Positions 1 to 13,300 of a DNA stretch of 34,729 nt are shown one piece after another. Position 1 is the first letter of the stretch, and each line of letters opens with the position of its first letter. The notes beneath the pieces were generated by a model that was not told where the DNA came from, made no database searches, and was given only the letters and a program-made list of their open reading frames with translations. The DNA is from an uncultured Bacteroidota bacterium (GTDB taxonomy: Bacteria; Bacteroidota; Bacteroidia; 2-12-FULL-35-15), in the NCBI GenBank assembly GCA_903881065.1, contig CAIRRW010000071.1:1-34729 (forward strand), given 5' to 3'. The translations under genes and the position numbers were made by a program.

Positions 1-1384
1 CCGCCACTTCCTGTAAGTGTTACAGGTATTCCATTACAAACAGTGGTTGCTGTTGTGTTCGCAATTATTGTCGGCAGATTATTTACAGTTACAGTTACTG
101 ATGAAGTGTTAGTACAACTATTAATATCAGTACCTGTAACAGTATATGTTGCTGTTGAAACCGGCGTAAATGAAACATCATTTGTTACACCTCCGCTCCA
201 AATATAACTTGTTGCTCCTCCTCCATGCAATGTATCTATAAAACCAGCGCATATACTTGTTGAACTTGCACTTGCTGTTATTACAGGCAAACTGTTAACA
301 GTAATAGATATTGTTGATGTATTACTGCAATTAGTACCAACAGTTCCTGTAACAGTATATGTTTGAGATGATGAAGGAACAAAAGCAACATTATCTGTTA
401 CTCCTCCACTCCAACTATAACTTATTGCTCCTCCACCAATCAATGTTATTGATGTGCCCGAACATACTGTAGTTGCTGAAGCATTTGCGGTAATTGTAGG
501 TAATGAATTTACAGTAACTGTAACTAAATTTGTATTTACACATCCATGGCTATCAGTGCCAGTAACAGTATAACTTCCAGTTGCAGCAGGAATAAATGAA
601 ACCCCATCTGTTACACCGCCAGTCCAGCTATAAGTCGTTCCGCCGCTTCCTGTAAGCGTTACAGGAATACCATTACATATACTGGTTGCAGTTGCGTTTG
701 CAATTATTGTTGGCAATGGATTTACTGTAACTGTTACTGATGCAGTATTGTTACATCCATTATTATCAGTACCTGTAACAGTATATGTTGATGTAGATGA
801 AGGGCTGAATGATACACCATTTGTTACACCTCCGCTCCAAACATAACTGGTTGCTCCTCCTCCATGCAATGTATCTGTAAAGCCATCGCATATACTTGTT
901 AAACTTGCACTTGCTGTAACTAAAGGCAATGGATTAGCTGTAACTGATATTGATGCTGTTGCCTGACATCCATTTCCATCAGTTCCTGTTACAGAATAAC
1001 TACCCGAACAAAGACTTGTAAGTGTTGAGGAAGTAAATCCGCCAGTCCACAAATATGTATATCCAGGTGTACCGCCCGACAAGGACACAGAAGCAGCACC
1101 ATTGCATGTTCCTGCACAGGTACCGGTAACTGTATTTGATAATACCGGCAATGGATTCACTACTATAGAAACTGAAGATGTATTCGTGCAACTATTATTA
1201 TCCGTACCTGTAACCGTATAAGTTCCTGACAATACTGGAACAAAAGCAACAGCATTAGTTACACCGCTAGTCCAACTATAAGTTGTTGCGCCACTTCCTA
1301 AAAGAGTTGCAGAAGAACCGCTACAAACAGACGGAGCTGAACTACCCGCTGTCACAGTTGGTAAAGCATGGATAATAAATTTCA
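1..1384 (-). repeat. Tandem ~213-nt (~71 aa) Cys-bracketed Ig-like repeats, 6 full copies plus 1 partial, including one SprB-type unit; continues off window
   Basis: Units translate as LP.I.A.AS...(V/I)C.G....L.G.GA.SY.WSGGVT..V.F.P.....YTVTGTD.N.C.N. The YTVTGT anchor (plus-strand cctgtaacagtata) lies near 140, 352, 565, 778, 988 and 1212. The unit near 1000-1150 reads GTCAGTCNGAASVSLSGGTPGYTYLWTGG...LCSGSYSVTGTDGNGC, which is SprB-repeat-like. Confidence 0.7.
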
Positions 1385-4300
1385 AACTGTCAGGAAGACT
1401 TGCACAACCAGTTGACAGATTATTTTGAGTTACATAGTATATATAAGAACCTGCAGCTGTTTGTGTGGATGAATATGAATTACCACTTTGAACAAGTGTA
1501 GTTAAATTTTGATTACTATACCATTCAATATTTGTTCCTGTAGCAGTAAATGTTGGGTTTGTCTGTCCAAAACAAATGGATGCATTACCTGAAGTAATAG
1601 GCATAGCAGGATTAGAATTAATAGTAAGTGTAACTGTATTAGCCGGCCCTGAACATCCTCCAACAGTTTGAGTAATATAATAAGTATACGTTCCGACAGC
1701 AGTCATTCCAGTGTTATAAGTGTTGCCATTAAATAATGAAGTACCTAAAACAGCACTGCTATACCAGTTAACATTGCTACCTGAGGAAGTAAGTGAAGGA
1801 ACAGTACCTCCAAAACAAACACTTGCATCAGTTCCTGATGGTGCACCAGGAGCACTATTAATAGATAGTGTAACTGTATCCGCTTTCGACTGACAACCTG
1901 TAACAGAATTTGTTTGTGTTACATAATACGAATAAACACCAACAGAAGTATCGCCAGTTGCAAAGCTATTTCCACTGAATAAAAGTGTAGATGCATCATA
2001 CCATTGAATGTTTGTACCTGTTGCTGTAAGCGGAGGAACTGTTGTTCCTCTACAGATAGAAACATTTGCGGCTACCGGAGGTGCAGTATAATTTATTTTT
2101 AAAGTTGTAGTATCCGGATGACTCTGACAACCTGTTAATGTATTTAAGTCATAAACATAGTATGTATGAGTTCCAGGTGATGTTATTCCAGTTGTAAAAG
2201 GACTGCCGTTGTGTACAACAGCTCCTGTTGTATCGTGCCAAATTATGTTTGTTCCCGATGCAGTTAAATCAGGAACTGGATTTCCAAAACAAACTGTAAC
2301 AGGAGTTGCAACCGGAGTAACAGGAATACTGTTAATGGTTAATGTATCAGGTGCAGCAGGGCTTTCACATCCATTAACAGTTTGTGTTACCGAATAAGCA
2401 TAAACCCCTGCTACGGTATTTCCAGTGGTAAATGTATTACCGGAATGAACTACTGTAGAAACAGAGTACCATTGAATTGTTGTTCCTGCTGCACTTAAAT
2501 CAGGTATTGTTCCACCAAAACATGCGCCCTTATTTACAACAACAGGTGTAGTTGGAATTGCATTAATAGTAAGTGTAACCTTAGTATATAGACTTTGAAC
2601 ATTGTTAACGGTCTGCGTTACAAAATAATTATAAACTCCAACTGTAGTGTTTCCTGTAGCAAATGGATTTCCTGAATAAACTAAATGAGTTAACAACGAA
2701 TCGCTGTACCATCTGATATTATTACCTGTTGCAGATAAATCAGGAGTAGCGGTTCCAAAACAATTACTTTGATTAGAAGATACCGGATTACTTGGATAAA
2801 TAGTAAGTACAACTGTATCTCGTGCACTCTCGCAATTATTTAACGTTTGTGTTACATAATAGATATAAGCGCCTATTGCTGTAACACCTGTAGAGAATGT
2901 ATTATTAGTAGATACATTAACCATAGCTGAATCGTACCAGATAATATTTGTTCCAATTGCTACCAAATCAGGCGTTGCAGTACCAAATGGAATAGAAATA
3001 TTATTAACATGTACAGAAGGAGTAAAGTGAATTGTAAATGTAATTGTGGATGCAGGACTTACACATCCATTTGTAGTTTGAGTAACATAATAGGTATAAG
3101 TGCCCGCAGCTGTTTGTGTAGGAGTAAATGTACTTCCAGTTCCTGCAAGGGTTGTTAAAGTAACATCACTGTACCAATTAATATTACTTCCTGTAGCACT
3201 TAAAGTTGGATTCGCTTGTCCAAAACAAATCGCAACATTGCCTGAAGTAACAGGAGCAGCAGGCGTTGGATTAATTGTTAAGGTTACAGAATCAGCAGGA
3301 CTTTGACAACCACTAACAGTTTGAGTTAAATAATATGTATATACTCCTGCTGCTGTATTACCAGTATTGTATGTATTTCCATTAAATAATACTGTGGATA
3401 AATTTTGATTGTTATACCAGTTAACATTTGTTCCTGTGGCTACTAAAACAGGTGTTGACTGACCAAAACAAACGTTTGCATTTGATGAAACTGGTGCTGA
3501 AGGCAAAGCATTAATTGCAAGGGTAACAGTATCCTTTAAACTTTCACATCCCGTTGTTGAATTGGTTTGAGTTACATAATAAGTATGAATACCAATCACT
3601 GTTTGTCCTGTATTGAAAGGGCTTCCCGAATGAACTGCTGCAAACGCTGAGTCATACCATTGAATATTTGTACCCGTCGCAGTTAGCGCTGGAATTGTAG
3701 TTCCTGCACAAACACTAACATTTGAAGCAACAGGGCGCGCCGTAAAGTTTATTGTAACAGATACAGTATCATAAGGGCTTTGGCAACCAGTTAATGTACT
3801 TGTTTGAGTTACCAGATAAGTATATACTCCTGGTAATGTTTTACCAGATGCGAACGGACTTCCTGAGCCTATTAATGAAGGAGCTGTAAAATACCATTTA
3901 ATATTAGTACCTGTTGCCGTTAAATCAGGAGTTGATGAACCAAAACAAGAAGAAACATTTGAAGCAACAGGTTTCGATGGAAGACTATTAATTGTTAATG
4001 TATCTGCTTTTGAAGGGCTTTCACATCCATTAAGTGTTTGTGTTACAGTATATGGATAAACTCCAACCGCAGTGTTTCCTGTTGCAAATGAACTGCCGGA
4101 AGAAATAACGGAAGTACCAGAATACCATTGGATAGATGAACCTGTTGCTGTAAGATTAGGAATTACTCCTCCAAAACAAGCAGATTGATTATTTGCATTT
4201 GGCGCAGCAGGAATTGAATTTATTGTCAAGGTTACTGTTGTTGGAGAACTTTGAATACCATTAACAGTTTGGGTTACATAATAGGTATATGTTCCAACTA

Positions 4301-7300
4301 TACTTTGTCCTGTGGCAAAAGTACTACCCGAATGAACAAGATTAGTAAGACCCGAATTACTGTACCAATTAATGTTCATACCTGTGCTGGTTGTCAAATC
4401 AGGAATAGTGTTGCCAAAACAAATTGCAACATTCGATGAAACAGGAGCAAGTGGTCGTATGGTTAATTTAACGGTATCTTTAACACTTTCACATCCATTT
4501 AAAGTTTGAGTAACATAATATGTATATTGTCCAATAGCAGTTTGACCTGTAGCAAAAGTATTTCCTGTTGCCGTTGAGGTTCCTGTTGAATCATACCAAA
4601 TAATGTTGCTGCCAACAACAGTAAAATCAGGAACTGTTGTACCAGCAACTACATTAATATTACTAGCAGAAACAGGAGGTGTCAAATGAATTGTAAACAC
4701 CAAGTTTGAAGCAGTACTCGAACATCCATTAACTGTTTGTGTTACATAAAAATTATAAATTCCGGCAGCAGTTTGAGCTGGAGTAAAAGGACTGCCTGTA
4801 TGAACCAGAGTTGTTAATGCAGCATCACTATACCAGTTTACATTCGTTCCGGTAGCTGTTAACGAAGGATTAGCTTGACCAAAACAAATTGAAACATTAC
4901 CGGAAGTAGTTGGTGAAGCAGGATTTGGATTAATAGTTAGAGTAACTGTATCTGGAGGACTTACCGGGCAACCAATTGTACTGTCAGTTAAATAATAAAT
5001 ATAAGTGCCAACAGCAGTATTTCCTGTATTGTATGGGTTACCAGTATAAACAAGTGTAGTTAAAGAAGAGTTGCTATACCAATGTATTATTGTTCCTGTT
5101 GATGATAGCGAAGCTACTGACTGACCAAAACAAGAAACAACATCATTCGCTGTTGGTTTCACAGGAGCACTGTTAATTACCAAAGCAGCGGTATCAGGTT
5201 TGCTGATACAACCACTTGCTGAATCAGTTTGGGTTATATAATAAGTGTATGTTCCTACAGCAGTATTTCCTGTGTTGTATGGATTACCTGTAAACAAAAG
5301 ATTAGTCAACGCAGGGTTGCTATACCATTTAACTGTATCGGCACCTGTTGAGGATGCTACTAAATGCGGCGTGGGATTTCCAAAACATGAGTTTGCATCG
5401 TTTGTAATTGGTCGGGAAGGCAAAGCTCCAATATTCAAATGTACTGTATCAGCAGGACTAGTGCATCCTAAAGCAGACTGAGTTAAATAGTAAGTATAAT
5501 TACCAACAGCTGTTAATCCTGTATTGTATGTATTACCGCTATGAACTAATGTTGTTAAACCAGGATTACTATACCATGAAACATTTGTACCTGTTACAGT
5601 TAATGCTGGTGTAGATTGACCAAAACATATTTTGACATTAGCTGAAGTCGGTGCTGAAGGTAAAGGATTGATAGTAAGGATTACTCTCTTTGCAGAACTT
5701 TCACAATTATTTAGTGTCTGTGTCACATAAAAAGTGTCAACACCTACCGCTGTAAGCCCTGTATTATATGGATTCCCTGCATATAAGAATGTCATATTCG
5801 AACTATACCATTTCAAGTTTGTCCCTGTTGCAGTAAGAGTAGATGATGAACTTCCAAAGCATGAAGTTTGACTGTTTGCTGTTGGTTGCGATGTGAAATG
5901 TATTGTAAGAGTTGCGGTATCTTTTGCACTTGCACAACCCAACAAAGAATCAGTTTGTGTTACATAATAAGTATATGTACCAGGTGAAGTTAAACCAGTA
6001 GAATAATTATTACCAATATGAAGTTGTGACAAGGAAGGACTATACCATTTAATAGTATCGCTACCTGTTCCTGTTGCACTGAAGGAAGGTATTGTACCTC
6101 CAAAACATGCGGATATGTTATTTACAATTGGTTTAGAAGGTATAGAATGTATAATAAGCGAAACTGTATCTGAAATGCTTTTAGGACATCCTGCAGTACT
6201 ATCAGCAACATAAAAAGTATAGGTTCCTGCAGCTGTCATTCCAGTGTTATAAGGGTTACCAACATAAAGCAAATTAGTTAAACTTGAATTAGAATACCAT
6301 TTTTGAATTGTTCCAGTAGAAGTTAATGTTGGTATTGCACTTCCAAAACAAGCTGACTTATCAGCAGCAACAGGTTTAGTAGGAGCAACATTTATATGGA
6401 GTTGAACACTATCCTTTCTGCTTTGGCACCCATTTATTGAATCAGTAGCTGTTACGTAATAGGTATAAACTCCAACGGCAGTTTGTCCTGTATTGTAGGC
6501 TGCTCCTATATGCTGTAAAACCATTGAAGAATTATACCATTTTATTGTATCACCTGAATTTCCTGTAGCAGTAAATGACGGAACAGTATAACCATAACAA
6601 ACATTTATACTACTTGCCACAGGAGGTGCTGGAGCAATAGAATCAACAGTCAGAGTTACGGGGATGGTATCAACTGTATTTAATGGGTCGTTTGAATTCA
6701 AAAATATAGAATAGTTATGTACTCCTGGTGCTTGTCCATTTTTATAAAACACAACCGAACCCGTATAAGAGTTTCCTGCAGATGTTGTTCCTAAACGTGG
6801 ACTAATATTTACCCATGTTGGAGTTATATAAGCACCTCCTCTTAGTACACCGTTATTGCCAGATGGACTTAAATCATTTGCTGTTCCATTCTCAAAATTC
6901 CAATATCCTTTTAACCCAACCTCATTACCAGTTAAAGTATTAGTCATTGAAGTTACTATTTCGGCCTGTGATAATGCAAGATTGTATATTCTTACTTCAT
7001 CAATTTTACCATTAAAATATCTACCAGGATAATCCGTAGAACCGATAGCAAAATTATTAGATTGGACATTAGGTAACGAGGAAAGGGTTCCATTTATTGG
7101 AACTCCATTCATATACAATGTAACAGAAGTACCATTAAGTACACAAGCTATATGATTCCATTGGTTTAATACTGCCGTAGGACCTGAATTCGGGACGAAA
7201 TCATTACACCATGTTGCCATACTAGGTCGCCCATTGTTTTGAATAGAAAGCAACATTGCTGTTCCATTACAGTACCTGCCACCCCAACTCACTATTCCGT

Positions 7301-10300
7301 TGTAAGTTCCATCAGGATAAGAAACAGGATATATCCATGCTTCAGCCGTCATTACACTTCCCGTTGGCAAGTTAACAGTTCCATTATTTATATAAGCGCT
7401 GTTCCCATTAAATACCGCGCTTCCACTATTTGAGTTAGTTAAACTCCATAATAAGTTACTGCCTCCATTTGTATTGCATACCGTTATAGGCTTAGCAATA
7501 GAATCCTGGCAAATTGTAAAGTGAATATTATAAGAATTTGGACTATGACATTGCTCAGGTCGTGGATAACCTATACCTGATAAACAAATTTTCTTTGTTA
7601 CATTATTATCAATTATTGTTAATGTATCCTTAAATGTTCCAACAGTAGTTGGTGAAAACACTACTCTTACTTTAGCAGAATCTCCAGGTAGTAAATTAAA
7701 CGATGTTGGACTAACTGAATAAACACTGAGCTGATGAGTAATATCAGTTATCTTCAAAGTGTCACACCCAGTATTCTTTACATAAAGAGAAGAATCGATG
7801 GAGGCAGTATTAATCATTATCGAATCAAGATTCAAACAGTTTCTATTTGTCGAAATTAAGCCAGTACCTGTTACATGAAGTGTGCAATGAACGGAATCGA
7901 TCGGTTTTAATGGGTCGTTAGAACTAATCACCACATCTGTATTATAAGTTCCTACCAATAATCCACAACTCTTAAATTTCATATTAACAATACTTGATCC
8001 TCCAGCAGTTGTTGTGTCTTTATTAGGTGTATAACTTAACCAAGTTGAATTGTTGTTAAGATAATAAAGAGCATTAGCGAACATCATGTCTGTTGAAGCA
8101 TTTGCCGAATTGAGATATTCAGGAAATATTACCATTCCTATTACTTTTCCATTATGGTTTTCAGCCACTACCTTGTTGCCTGATAAGTCAGAAGCAAGTA
8201 ATGTCGCTCCTGGATTAAGTGATGGATTGTAATAATTGCAATTTGTCCAATAGGATGGATTAACACTAATATTTTTAAATATAGGGTGATTATGATTTGG
8301 GAGTGTTGCTAAATTTATAGTACCTGAAACACATTGAGTACTGCCAGATTGTATAAATGGAGAATAATTTGCCCCCATTATCCCTCCTGACATTCCCCAA
8401 TTAGAATTAAAGGCATACGTTCCAATTATTACACCTCCACCATTATCAACATATTTTTTAAGAGTATCACCTACCATGGAAGAACCGAATGAATTATCAG
8501 TCCAAACAAGTACAGCATTATAAGGAGCTAACATGGTCATTTTTAAAGATGATGGATTTACCATAATATCTATATCTGAAGCAATAAATTTACCAGTTGA
8601 AACAAGGGCATTCTTAGCATTAACTCCAGCATCACCTGCGGTCAGAATAAGTACTTTTGGTTTTGTTGTACCTCCTCCACCTTTAATGCTACAAATCAAA
8701 TTTGAACCACCTGTATTGTTAATTGTTAATGGAAGAATGGTGGAATCACAACATGACAAACTTACATTGAATGACGTTGGAGTTGTAGAAAGAATTGGTC
8801 TTTGAAAACATTTTCCTAACAAACATACTTTTTTGGTAATATTATTATTTAATATAGTAAGCGTATCAAGGAAAGTACCAACAGCAACAGGAGAAAAAGT
8901 GGTATATAATTTTGTTGAATCACCTGGCAAAATTTTAAATGATGTAGCATTAACCGTAAATATATTTAGTTGGTTAGTGATATTAGTAATCTTCAATGTG
9001 TCACACCCTGTATTTTTAATATAAAGGGAATCTTTATGCGAGGTATATTGCATTATTGAATCAAGATTCATACAATTCTTTGACAAGGCTATTCTACCAG
9101 CTCCAACTACAGTTAAAGAACAAGGCACAATTAATGGACTATTAATCGGATCGTTACTTGTTATTGAAACAGTTGCTGTATTTGTTCCTACATTTAAATT
9201 GGAAGAATTAAAATTCACATTAACTATATTCGAATTACCTGAAGCTACACTTCCTGTTAAACTTGACAATGCAACCCAAGAAGCAATCTTAACTGTGTAA
9301 TCTTCAAATTGACCATACGTAACATTCGTGCATGGTTGTGGTGCAGAATAATAATAATATTCTGATCCAACCCTCATCCTTACCGCTTTATTCTTAACAG
9401 CAGTTGTTGGAATTGTAACAGTACCTGTATGAAGAGTATTTGGCAGTGAATTAAGATTATTCAATACCATTTCACTAGCATCGAAAACACCATCATTATT
9501 GAAGTCAATCCATACTCTCACATTCTCAGGATAACTAGTTCCTGTTTGTACTGATATGGAGTAAGTTTGTCCTGGAATTACCACTGTACTTTGCGATGAT
9601 GTATAATTCTGGTAACCCTGCACAGCATTGCCAGTAGTATTATTAATGGAACCAAAAGTAACATTATAAATACCCATATTGCAACACGTTCCTGTAGTGG
9701 CAGGTGCGCATAAAGCTGCTGAAGGCAAATTGGAATTCATTGATGGATTCAACAAATTAATATTGTAATTCAATACGGAACCTCCAGTATTATTTATTGT
9801 TAAGACACTAGAAGTCGAATCAACACAGGAAAGTGTCGCATTTATTGACGTTGGACTTGTAGTAATAGTTGGCATTGCGAAAGCTTTTCCTGATAAACAA
9901 ACTTTTTTTGTTGCATCATTATTTATGATTGTAAGTGTATCTTGGAAAGATCCAACTGCTATAGGCGAAAACGTCGAGTATATCTTTGTTGAATCCCCTG
10001 GCAGAATATTAAAAGTTGTAGGATTAACTGTAAAAATAGAGGTTTGCGTTGTGATATTTGAAATCTTTAATGTATCACATCCTGTATTCTTCACAAACAT
10101 GGAATCCTTATGTGTTCGATGTTGCATAATAGAATCCAGATATATGCAGTTTTTTGACAAAGCAATTTTACCCGCTCCGGATACATGAAGAGTACAATGA
10201 ACTGTGTCATTTGAATTAAGAGGGTCATTAGAATTTACAATTATGTTAGTAGTATAGGTTCCCACTGGCAATCCGCAACTTTTTAATTTTACATAAACGG

Positions 10301-13300
10301 TATCCGTGCCACCGGCAGAAATATTACCTGAGAATAAACTAGCTGAAAAGCCTTCAGGAAAAGAAACCGGATTGCTTGTATTTAACCAAGAAGTATTAAT
10401 GCTAGTTCCATTATTACTATTCAAAGTTTTATCAAACAAGGTTGTACCACTTCCTTCAGAAAGTGGATAATAGGCAACCAATCCTGATAGCGCGGGATTA
10501 ATTTGACCATACAAGTTAGCAGCTATCTGTGCTTGTGTTCTTGCATAATTCCAAATCCTTACTTCAGTAATATCACCATTATAATAATAAGAATGACTTC
10601 CTGTGCCTCCATAAGCTCCAATTATTTCTCCCAGTTGTCCTTTTACTAATGGACAAGTAAATGAACTTGTTCCTCTTAATACCCCGTCTACATATACTTT
10701 CTTATTTGATCCATCATAGGTGGCTGCTATATGATGCCAAGCTCCATTTGTGATCCCGATAGAAGCAGAATTCAAATAATAATCCGTTCCGCATCCTCCA
10801 GATTGAGGATAGGTTCTGAAACACAAACTTGTCCCTTCAAAAAATAACGAATACTGCGTATTTACTGGACCCTTTTCAAAAATAAATCCATTCTGATTAT
10901 AATTAGAAGAATAAACCCAAGCTTCAATCGTCAACTGATTTAAATCAAATGCAGTAGAGTTATTAATTTGGACATAGCTATTGGCACCATTATAATTTAA
11001 AGTATGACTATTATTTTTATTCAAACTCCAATTTAGATTTGAGCCTCCTGCATTATTAACTGCCAATGGCAATGTAATTGAATCACAACATGCCAATGTT
11101 TCATTAAAATAAGTTGGGGAAGTTGAAAGAATTGGTCTTGCAAATGCTTTACCTGACAAACACAATTTTTGCGTTATGTTATTGTTTAAAATAGTTAATG
11201 TGTCATTGAAAGTTCCAATGGTAGTTGGGGCAAAGGTTACTTTAAGTTTCGCCGAATCACCGGGTAAAATGTTAAATGATGTTGAATTAACAGAATAAGC
11301 AGCTAATTGATGAGTAATATTTGTAATCTTCAATGTATCGCATCCAATGTTTTTCACGTATAATGAATCCATTTTACTTCTGTATTGCATTATTGAATCC
11401 AAATTCATACAGTTTTTTGTTAGTGCAATTGTTCCTGAACCTGAAACATGAATTGTATATGGTACTACAATAGGATTGTGAATAGGATCGTTATTATTGA
11501 TGGTTATATTACCTGAATATGTTCCAACATTTAATCCCATCGAACTAAATTGTACATTCACAGTACTTAATGATCCCGAGCCTATGGTCCCAGAATAGGA
11601 AGAAACAGATTCCCCAATTGATGAACTTGTTTTTAAAGTATAATCTTCGAATTGTCCATAAGTAACACTATTACATGGTTGAGGAACTCCATAATAATAA
11701 TATTCCGAGCCTACTCTCATCCTCATTGCACCATTTGCCCCAGCATTAAGGGGTATGGTAACACTTACAGTATGTACATTATAGCTAGAATTCCCATTCA
11801 TAATTTGCTCATTGGCTTCAAATATTCCATTGTTGTTATAATCAATCCACGCACTTACATATTCAGTATAGGAAGGTCCAGTTTGGACAGATAATGTATA
11901 GGTATGTCCTGGAATTATCAATGTGCTTTGGCTTGATGTATAATCCTGATAACCTTGTGTTGCATTTCCAGTTGTATTATTGATAGTATTAAATGTTACA
12001 TTATATATTCCCATATTACAGCAGGTTCCAGTAGTGATTGGTCTACAGGAAGGATTTACTGGTAAATTAGGATTGATAATAGAATAATTTAAAGCTCCTC
12101 CTCCTGTGTTATTAATTACAAGAGAAGTATTGAGTGAGTCGGAACAGCCAAGAGTAACATTAAACGAGGTAGGATTTGTAGAAATTGTTGGATTAGGGAA
12201 TGCTTTTCCTGTTAAACAAATTGCTGTATCTATTGCATTAGTATATAGTGAGAGTGTTCCTGAGAACGTTCCTGCATTGGTTGGGGAAAACTTCACTACT
12301 AAGTTTTTACTTAAGCCAGGTGCAATCATTGTTGGATAAGAGACAACAGAGTAAACGGATGGCGAAATGGAATAACTGTTTATTCTTAAAGTATCACAAC
12401 CTGTATTTGTTATTTTTAATGAATCTGTACTGGTAGTATTTGCCATTATTGAATCCAAATCAAGACAAGGTTTGGTTGTATTATACATAGAAGCTGTTAA
12501 GTGAGGGCTTCCATTAACAGTCAACGTCCAAGGTATTTGTAATGTTGGAGTAACCGGATCATTACTTGAAAGTGCAATACTTCCTGAATAAGTACCGGAG
12601 CTATAACCTATTGAATTAAAATTGACATTCAAATTTGTTGAACTATTTGCAGGAATAGTGCCTGAAGTTGGAGACATTGTTATTAATGTTGGCACCTTTA
12701 CTACATAGTCTTCTGTTTCTCCATAATAACCGCTTAAAGACCCACATGGTGAAGGGGCTGATCCATTAGTCCAATCAATAATTCTCATTCGAGTTGCTCC
12801 TGCTGCTGCATTCTGAGGAACAGTAATAGTAAAGGTTCTCAAACTATTTCCAGTTGAAACATTTGTTACTACTTCTTCATTTGCATCAAAAACCCCATTT
12901 TGATTCCAATCTATCCATACCGAGAAGTAAGCAATATTACAACTCCCTTGGGCTTGAAGGTTTAACATAAAAGTGCCTCCTCTGTTTTGCGAAACAAATG
13001 GAGCAGTATAATATGAATAATCTCCATATGGGTAACTTCCATCTACAGGAGACGTAATATTTGTAATTCCTCCGGAAGTTGTTACACTATTAATATAGGA
13101 ACACCCGTTATAAGGATACATGGTTGGATTACAATATCCAGTTGGTGGATTAGAATTATTTCCAGAACTTATTCCAGTTGCATTCCAATTCAAAACACTT
13201 CCTCCTGAATTAATTAACAATACAGATGAAGCTGTTGAATCAGAACAACCCAAAGCAACAGAAAGTGAAGTTGGCAAGACTCCAATAATCGGGTTGGCAA

